A DNA stretch of 63,998 nucleotides, counting the filler, from Sanchytrium tribonematis (taxonomy: Eukaryota): NCBI GenBank assembly GCA_018985235.1. It is 16 parts of 16 records of this genome, joined end to end, with 100 filler letters (N's around TTAATTAATTAA, not from the genome) between each part and the next. Parts side by side here need not be neighbours in the genome. Positions count along the whole stretch, not along the records: positions 56,521 to 58,379 come from JADGIG010001190.1; positions 58,480 to 60,337 come from JADGIG010001191.1; positions 60,438 to 62,292 come from JADGIG010001192.1; positions 62,393 to 63,998 come from JADGIG010001247.1; 12 more parts are not named here. The stretch is one strand, 5' to 3'. Numbering within the stretch: position 1 is the stretch's first letter; every line of letters starts with the position of its first letter. The notes under the pieces are model-generated. The model was not told where the DNA came from, searched no databases, and saw only the letters and a list, made by a program, of their open reading frames with translations. Below are positions 56,521-63,998 of the stretch, in pieces. A program made the translations under genes and the position numbers.

Positions 56521-57716
56521 ATTTGTAACCACCTCAATCAGCAATGCGCATGGCAATTTGTACCAATTTGAAATCCAATCAGAAACACCCCTACAATTAA
56601 ATCTCGCATTCACAACCAATGCATTCACATCCATATTTGTATATTTTAATGATCAAGTCTATCAACAACCCATGGATGGCAATCAACCCATTATTGTACA
56701 AGGCACTGGTCAAGTGGATATTGCAATTTCTTCTCAAATTGGAATGGGTCATTTTATACTCAATAGTGTCACTGCATGTCCCATGAATCAATTAAATCCA
56801 CGTACAGATGTATTTAAAGATCATAAATGTGCTACAATCCCAACTACTCAATTTATTTATTATCCCACTGGTCAAACTGCTAAATCCACCATTACAGAAA
56901 CCATTTATCAATTACCATTCACTAATATCCAATTTCCAGCCAATACCATCTTTAAATCAGGTGTATTTAATACTCAAACATCATTTTATGCTTTTAATTC
57001 TGGTAAAACTGAATTATTTGGTCATTTTCAACTATCTATCACCCATAATCCCATTATAGCCTCTATTCTCATCATATCTGTGTTTAATAGACAATCTGAT
57101 GACATTTCAATTTGTACAGATGGGAATATTTTGAATCAATTATTAAATCAATTAAATTCTATAAATTCAGGTGAGAATCTATCTAATTGCAAATCACTCA
57201 CTGCTACACTCGTAGAAATACCATATTTATACAATCCAGTATTATTTAATGGATATTCAGATCAGAAATACCAATTAAATGAATTATTAAACATGTCTTC
57301 TGTATTCTCAATTTCAACCAATATGCCAATGAATTACTATTTAGGAAAAGCATATGCCAATTTATTAGGAGGTTATTCAACTAGAGCAGCTGTATTGGGA
57401 TTTAATAGTATTCAAATGGTGCATTCATTTAATAAAATTCTAGTGAATTCAGATGTGGTCAAATTGGAGAATGTTCAATTGTATTTTGATGAAGATCCTG
57501 GTACTGTGACATATTGTAGTACAAATGATTATAAAATATCATTTATCAAAGTATTATTAACTAATTTAGGAGATAGGGAGTGGGACGACAAGTGATTCAG
57601 GAACTGGGACATCACAGAATAATAAAAGTAAATTTCCAACCAATGTGCCAAAATTACAGAATAGTGGGATGCAATCAAGTGGATTATTCATGATTTTGAT
57701 GATTTTGATGCAATAA
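56521..57716 (+). CDS. Putative GPI-anchored surface protein, 5' partial, one 19-nt intron
   Basis: The spliced C-terminus EIGSGTTSDSGTG...LQNSGMQSSGLFMILMILMQ* resembles a GPI signal. Confidence 0.65.
57551..57569 (+). other. 19-nt intron GTATTATTAACTAATTTAG
   Basis: Phase 0, contains a CTAAT branch-like motif, and removal yields a GPI-like tail. Confidence 0.8.
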
Positions 57717-57728
57717 AAATACATTTTA

Positions 57729-58379
57729 TTACTTTTCAGGCAAATGGACAGAAGAATGGTGTGGTAATTCTCTATTCTTTCTTAATTGTAAATTGACACC
57801 CAACATACCAGAATGACGACTAAAATAGTCATAATCAATGCCAATGGCGCAAGATAATGCTAAAATGCGTTGATTTAAATTTAATGGATGTTTGATATTT
57901 GGATCTTCAAATGTGATTTCATATCTACCTTGATCTGTTAATAATTCTTTAAACATGCCTCTGAAATGTCGATTAATGTAACAAATGGGTTCATTTTTGG
58001 CATTTTTGATGACGAAATCCCATGACCAAAATGGCGCATCAATTCTACCAAATTGATTAAATGATTGAGATGTGGCATGAAACAAGTCATATCTACGACG
58101 AATAGGGTGCCAATGTGAGTTCACTTTACCTATTTCTGATGTATTTTCAGTAATTGTGATTTTTGAATTGATAAATGAAAAGGGTCTTTGCATTTGATAT
58201 TGGGTTTCATTTAATAGATAATTAAGTTGAAAAGGTCTGGTTAATCGTGTGAATTGTCTAAATATGTGTCTGGAAAGTCCATCTTGCTCATAAATTTCAC
58301 CAATAAATTGATTTTCATCAAATAAATGGTAAATATGAGCTTGTTCTACATGTGCTATTAAATTGAATACTTCAAATTG
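57729..58379 (-). CDS. Phospholipid scramblase family (AIM25-like), 5' partial
   Basis: RPFSFINSKI, WHPIRRRYDLF, IDAPFWSWDF, ELLTDQGRY, IDYDYFSRHS. Confidence 0.85.
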   Translation of the reverse strand, partial: QFEVFNLIAHVEQAHIYHLFDENQFIGEIYEQDGLSRHIFRQFTRLTRPFQLNYLLNETQYQMQRPFSFINSKITITENTSEIGKVNSHWHPIRRRYDLFHATSQSFNQFGRIDAPFWSWDFVIKNAKNEPICYINRHFRGMFKELLTDQGRYEITFEDPNIKHPLNLNQRILALSCAIGIDYDYFSRHSGMLGVNLQLRKNRELPHHSSVHLPEK

Positions 58380-58479
58380 NNNNNNNNNNNNNNNNNNNNN
58401 NNNNNNNNNNNNNNNNNNNNNNNTTAATTAATTAANNNNNNNNNNNNNNNNNNNNNNNNNNNNNNNNNNNNNNNNNNNN

Positions 58480-58967
58480 AAACGGGTAACCCAACATTAG
58501 GAGGCTCTAAAGACACTTCTGGTGATACTCTAGAACCGCCGACATTTGAAGGAAGTAATTCTGTATCGGATGGTTTAGCACCTGAAATTCAAGAAGTAAC
58601 TAACGGATTAGAAGATTTGGGTAATAATTTTAAACCCAAGGGTCCAAAAGATCCAACTCGTGATCCAAAAGATCCAAAAGATCCAAATAAGACTGATCCA
58701 AAAAAGAACCCGATTATAGAGTATCGAAAGAAGCAGATTGCATTGGTTGCCATTGCCTTACTAGTTGCCAGTATAGCTGGTCTGCTTGCAGGATTGTTTG
58801 TGACTTTATTCGATAAGAAATCAGTGCCAAGTCTATTCCCAAATGATGACAATATGCCACAAGAAGCCATCCCGCATGCAATAGGAGGCAATTATCCAAT
58901 AGATGGATTTCAAGGGATCCAATGGCCCGTATTACAAAATCAGTGGACCATGCAAACCAGTCAATAA
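58480..58967 (+). CDS. Single-pass membrane protein with PKD repeats, 5' partial
   Basis: PKDPTRDPKDPKDP followed by one TM helix. Confidence 0.5.
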
Positions 58968-58976
58968 ATTTATGAG

Positions 58977-60337
58977 TTATTTATTATTTTTCATATTATT
59001 ACACACATCTACAATCGGATATCCCTTGTAATACATCAAATCAGCCCATTTTTGCAATTCATGTTTGTATTTTGGAACATGCTGCAATTCCCACAGCACA
59101 TATTGTAAAAATGTACCACAAATCACATGGTTTAATTCAGGTTTAAAACAGTATAATATTTCATTGATTGTCTCATAAATTACATCATTGGGTGTCGCAT
59201 CAATAAAATAATGTAATAAAACACCTTTTCTAAACATTGCCGCATCTCCTTTTTCCAAATTCAATGCACGCAAACAATCATCAAACAAGTCAATTTGGTC
59301 ATGATTTGTCACTTAAATCATGATACTCTTCAATCATTTGTTTGAATTGTGGATATTTTAAAGTGAATTGTTGGTCAAATTCACATAAATCACATAAACA
59401 AATGAATTGGTAATGTGCTGTGTCATTTTGTCGATTTATTAATGGTTTATGGGTTAAAATGTACTTGAGGGTCAATGATTCACCCATTTTAATGTCTCTT
59501 AATGCTCTAATGACCATAATATCTCCAATAAAATAATTGAAGCAATTTGGTAAACACGAGTGATTTAACAGGGAAGCAGTTGAGAAGATGGCATGGTATT
59601 CAGGGTGATAAGGGCCTAATGTGAATGCATTACAATCTACCAAATCACTAATAATGGATTTGGATAATGATTCTGTGGGTTCATTGCAAATATACAATTG
59701 TTGAATTTGTGACTTTTTAAAGGGATCATTGGCCATTTCATACACTTTAGACTTTAATTGTGATACTCCAGATTGATTATCACTGTCTTGCGCATATGCA
59801 ATGGCTTTATTGACTAGAATTAAATCACCACATTTAAAATCTTGAGCAGCCACCAATCCCCTTCCTTGATCCATCGTCTCTACAATCTCAACATTGTGGA
59901 CATAATCACTCACATTGACAGTAAATTGATCCTGTGCTTCTTTAAACATGCTCTCAAATTGATAATCACCAAAATCACGCTCTTTTTTACGTTGCATCAA
60001 TATTTCCTTGAATTCATTCATATTTTGATTATATTTACATTCCAAAATACTCAATAATTTATCACATTCATCATAATCCTGCATTTTATAATAAATCATG
60101 AATTTCATCCAAATGCCTTGTAAATCATCAGATTTTACTAACTTCAGTGCATTGATATATTCATGCTTGTCAAGTAATGTTTTCAATGCCGTATGATTAG
60201 TAAAATTCATTCCATTTCCATTTGAATTGACTCCAAACATGGTTTCAATTTTAACAAATATTTTTTCAAACAAATGCCCATTGATTTCCCAACTCCTCCA
60301 GCCATCATTTTCAACGCTAAAAAGAACAAACAATACC
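58977..60337 (-). CDS. SET-domain (SMYD-like) protein, 5' partial, apparent frameshift near 59300
   Basis: QGRGLVAA, ASLLNHSCLPNC, IRALRDIKMGESLTLKY, FICLCDLC. The overlapping ORF 58977..59312 continues in a different frame. Confidence 0.75.
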
Positions 60338-60437
60338 NNNNNNNNNNNNNNNNNNNNNNNNNNNNNNNNNNNNNNNNNNNNTTAATTAATTAANNNNNNN
60401 NNNNNNNNNNNNNNNNNNNNNNNNNNNNNNNNNNNNN

Positions 60438-62292
60438 CAATCATTGTATTTTCATGCCAACTCTTTCTCTGTATATACTAGTGGCTGCATTGTATCTATA
60501 TTTGGATCATGAGAAGTATTGTGAGTCAATACATCCAAATACTCCTGTGGTGTTTCATTGATTTTTAATTGTGCTACAATATTAAATATTTGTTTATCAT
60601 GAGAAATACGGCATTTGTGATATATCTCTTCTGCATTCATGAAATCACACAAGTACTCATGAATAAATCTTGAATTAAATAGTTTATTGATTTTTTGTAT
60701 GCGTAGTTTTTCTAAGAGATAAATTTTGTCATGATCCCAAAGAGAAATTCCATATCCAATTACAGATTCAAGCACTCCTTTTACAAAGAGTGGTTTACCG
60801 TGAAATAGTTTATTGGTTATTGCAGTTGTTAATTTGGATTGAATATGTGCGATATTTCTTTTTCATAATCAATTCCAGATTCATTGAGAAAAACTCCAAG
60901 ATATCTGAGTGAAGTGGAGCAAGTTAAAATTTGTTTGTCAATTATTATTTCAATATCGTCTGTCCCACAAACTTGATATTTGTCGGGATTTGGTAAAAAG
61001 GCGTGGATTTTTAAAAGATCGGTGATTTGTTGTAGAATTTGAGCCAAGTAGTTATTATCATTCGAGATAAGAAAGATATCATCTGCATAAAGGCAGAGTG
61101 ATAATTTTGATGAATCATATTCCAAAGAGTCCAGAACTTTATCAATAATAAAACTAAAAATTAGCGGGGACAGTGTTCCTCCTTGGGGAACTCCCATTTC
61201 CATATTTATTCTCGTTTGTTGCGTATCACGAATTAAGTAGAGATTTTGATTTACAATCAGACTCCGTAATGCATTTTGTTCGGATTTATTTAAGATTGGG
61301 CGGATAAAATTATATATCAAATCCCAGTTTACAGTGTCAAATGCGGAAGAGAGATCAAGGCTAGCCATATAGACAGATCCAAAGAGTTTAAATTTTTTAA
61401 TAAGGTTAGTCACATAGTGTAGTTGGGTGAGTGTGCCACGGCTAGCACAGAATCCGTGTTGTTTGTAGGTTGGAACAAGAATACTTCGCAGTTTGTAGAA
61501 ATATATGAGTTTCTCATACATTTTACGCAGTGGTGGAAGAAGACTTATGGGTCTATAATATTTTGGATCATCTGCAGATCCTTTATTTTTAAACACTTCG
61601 ATAATTCCGGATTTACTCCAATCTTCTGGGATATGTCCAGTGTAATATGAAACAGAAAAGAGATTCTTTATTATAGATATGGAATTTGTTGGTAAATATT
61701 TAAATACCATTGCTGGAATTATACCACCACAGGCTTTTTTGGCATTGATGTGTCTTAATTCAAATTTGATTCTTTTACGAGTAAAAAGTGTCATAATATC
61801 CTGTTTTGTTTGTGATTTTTCTTCTGCGGTCAATTCATGTTGATTCCAATGATGTCTGGTATCTTTAAAGTGATTGGCTTGAAATTCTATCATATCTTTG
61901 AGGTTAGAAAAAATGTTTATTTTATTGGTATTGTTTTTTATTTTACACAGTTTGTGATACGCAGAGTCGGCATTATTTGCAAGATCATCTAATATTTTAA
62001 GTTGTTCCTGATATGTTTCTCTTTCAGCGGAGCTATTGTATTCTGTTCGTAATTGTCGAATTTGTTTCATTAGTAGCTTTTTGCGACGTATGGATTTGCT
62101 TCTTGAATATTTTCTTTGTTTAGTTTTGATGGATTTACTAAGATTTAGGGTTGCGCGAGTAAAATGAGGAGAATGTGGGTTATTATTAATAAAACCAAGA
62201 GTTGTTCTTCCTGCTGTTAAAATGCAGTTGTTAAATGTAGTATTTATTAGATCAGGCTGTGTTTCGTCAAGTAGAAGATGAGAGTGTTTTAT
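60438..62292 (-). mobile_element. Non-LTR retrotransposon (LINE) RT region, frameshifted
   Basis: YRPISLLPPLRKMYEK, QHGF, LDLSSAFD, GVPQGGTLSP, LYADD, YLGV; broken at ~60829. Confidence 0.9.
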
Positions 62293-62705
62293 NNNNNNNN
62301 NNNNNNNNNNNNNNNNNNNNNNNNNNNNNNNNNNNNTTAATTAATTAANNNNNNNNNNNNNNNNNNNNNNNNNNNNNNNNNNNNNNNNNNNNTTTGTGTA
62401 TCAATCGATGGATTGGGGTAAATTTATTCCGTGCACAGGTCTGTGATTAATAACACAGGCAACATTAATTAATTAACAGGTGATTTGAAAGTCTATTTCG
62501 ACTTGGGGGTAAATAATCTGCCAAATTGTATAGTTGCAAGGCAAGAGATTTTCTGAATATTTTGCAACGTCTCCCTGTTTTGAAGTCCATATCGTTTAAA
62601 CTGCAGGTGATTGCGCACATTCACAATCGAGTTATTCTGTAATACTAATCTTCTTAGTATTTAAAACGCACCTTTGTTGTTTGCAATTTGGTTTGAATCA
62701 GATAT

Positions 62706-63077
62706 TTATTGAGTGCAAGGATGTTCATCGGTACATCCAGATGGCTGAGGTTTGACTGGTGCTCTCTCAATTATAGTCGTGCTGTGTTTATATGCACAGT
62801 CTACAACTTTTCGAATTTCACAATCTGCATCAGACTCACCGCTGCAATCTTCATTGTTCTTACTAGTTTCAATACATTGCTTTAAGTCATCCGATTCTTT
62901 TTCATCGACTTGAGGTACTTCAATAACTGTTGTATTTCTTGTAAGGACTTCCCCAACGCAATAAAATAATCCATCCTTTTGACATTTAGATTTATCTGGT
63001 TATTCCTGTTTACAGGCAAGCAAATTACTTCATATAATTCATAGGAGCTGTATGGAAAGAAATAAATAAGGGGTCAT
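62706..63077 (-). pseudogene. Disrupted paralog of the adjacent Cys-rich secreted protein
   Basis: PDKSKCQKDGLFYCVGEVLTRNT...CEIRKVVDCAYKHSTTIIERAPV aligns with 63115..63480, but the N-terminal part has stops and a frameshift. Confidence 0.75.
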
Positions 63078-63114
63078 TTTGTTGGTTCTGCTTTATTAAT
63101 TTGGGAAATGAACG

Positions 63115-63480
63115 CTAAACGATAGGTGCTCTGTCAATGACTGTGGTGCTATGTTTAGTGGCACAATCGATGACTTTTTTGACTTCACAGTCAGAATCTG
63201 AGCAACTCTTTTTACTTTCGTCAATGCAATTTTTTAAATCAGACTTATCAGCATCTGAATCCGCTGGTACTTTGATCTTACTCGTATCTCTGGTTAGACT
63301 ATCTCCAACGCAATAAAATAATCCATCCCTTTGACATTTGGATTCATCTGATTGTGTGCTGCATGAAATAGTTTTTTGAATGACACAGTTTCCAAAATCA
63401 TCCATGGTGGACGGACCCATGACTGCTGGATTTGAATCTGCTGGTGAAGCCAAAATAGTGAATGGGACCAAAAAAATCAT
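63115..63480 (-). CDS. Small secreted cysteine-rich protein
   Basis: Signal peptide and 8 Cys in 121 aa; tandem paralog next door. Confidence 0.75.
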   Translation of the reverse strand: MIFLVPFTILASPADSNPAVMGPSTMDDFGNCVIQKTISCSTQSDESKCQRDGLFYCVGDSLTRDTSKIKVPADSDADKSDLKNCIDESKKSCSDSDCEVKKVIDCATKHSTTVIDRAPIV

Positions 63481-63707
63481 TTGTTGTGAGGGGACTTGGG
63501 TAATCTGACTTTATAACTCGAAGAGCCAATCATGCTATCCAAAAAACAGGCAAGTAATAAGTTTTGAGGCACCTGTCTGGACTCAATTTTAATTAACAGA
63601 AACTTGAATGTAAAAATTTAATTTGCCGAAAAGGGGACTTTGGGAACTATTTTTCAATAATATCGCATCTTGGAAGTCTCAAGTCAATGCAATTATCAAT
63701 CAATCAT

Positions 63708-63998
63708 TTATTCCTTTTTAGTCACAATGGCAGTTGCTGCGCCCCCTCCGTTGCAAATGCTGGCAACTCCAAATCCATTTTTCATTCCGTGTACGAGTGT
63801 AGTGAGAATCCTAGCACCAGAAGCACCTCTTGGATGTCCTAAACTCACTGCTCCGCCTAAAGAATTCACTTCATTCAAATCAATTTTCATTTTTTGGGCA
63901 TTTGCCAAAACCACGCAACTGAATGCCTCATTGATTTCCCAATGATTGACATCATTTACAGAGATATTAGCACGCTTTAATGCAATTGGAGTGGCTAC
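63708..63998 (-). CDS. Acetyl-CoA acetyltransferase (thiolase) C-terminus, 5' partial
   Basis: EINEAF, GGAVSLGHP.GASGARI, GVASICNGGG. Confidence 0.9.
   Translation of the reverse strand, partial: VATPIALKRANISVNDVNHWEINEAFSCVVLANAQKMKIDLNEVNSLGGAVSLGHPRGASGARILTTLVHGMKNGFGVASICNGGGAATAIVTKKE

Noticed and set aside
57781..57799. Possible ninth 19-nt intron GTGTCAATTTACAATTAAG in the scramblase 3' end
   Set aside because: It lacks T12 and the TAG acceptor, and the ORF needs no repair.
18330..62392. Recurrent TTAATTAATTAA palindromes in N runs at ~1.96-kb periodicity, and ORFs ending in XXXLIN
   Set aside because: Artificial all-frame-stop linkers between size-similar contigs; not a repeat array, and neighbours across them are unlinked.

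Overview
This is AT-rich, gene-dense eukaryotic DNA. It is a concatenation of 16 unrelated contig pieces joined by artificial 100-nt linkers (N44-TTAATTAATTAA-N44), so adjacency across linkers means nothing. The gene content (fungal-type TrpG-TrpC-TrpF fusion, RAD16, BMT5, UTP14, KGD2, formin, plus axonemal/IFT-type Tctex and CFAP65-like genes) points to a compact zoosporic fungus or fungal relative. A sanchytrid-like lineage is my guess and is not shown by the sequence. Contig 1 (1-18329) holds four secreted/TM LRR receptor-like genes followed by an ~11 kb transposon graveyard: Tc1/mariner, APE-type LINEs, a Crypton tyrosine recombinase, and a Ty3/gypsy element with a PHD finger between RNase H and integrase. 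The main discovery is that eight ORF breaks in host genes are each repaired by an exactly 19-nt GT-AG intron with the invariant pattern GT-N9-T-W-A-T-N-TAG (putative branch A fixed 6 nt from the 3' end), mostly near gene 3' ends. This indicates a fixed-length ultra-short spliceosomal intron system. One of these introns reveals a membrane protein with a beta-integrin-like double-NPxY tail.
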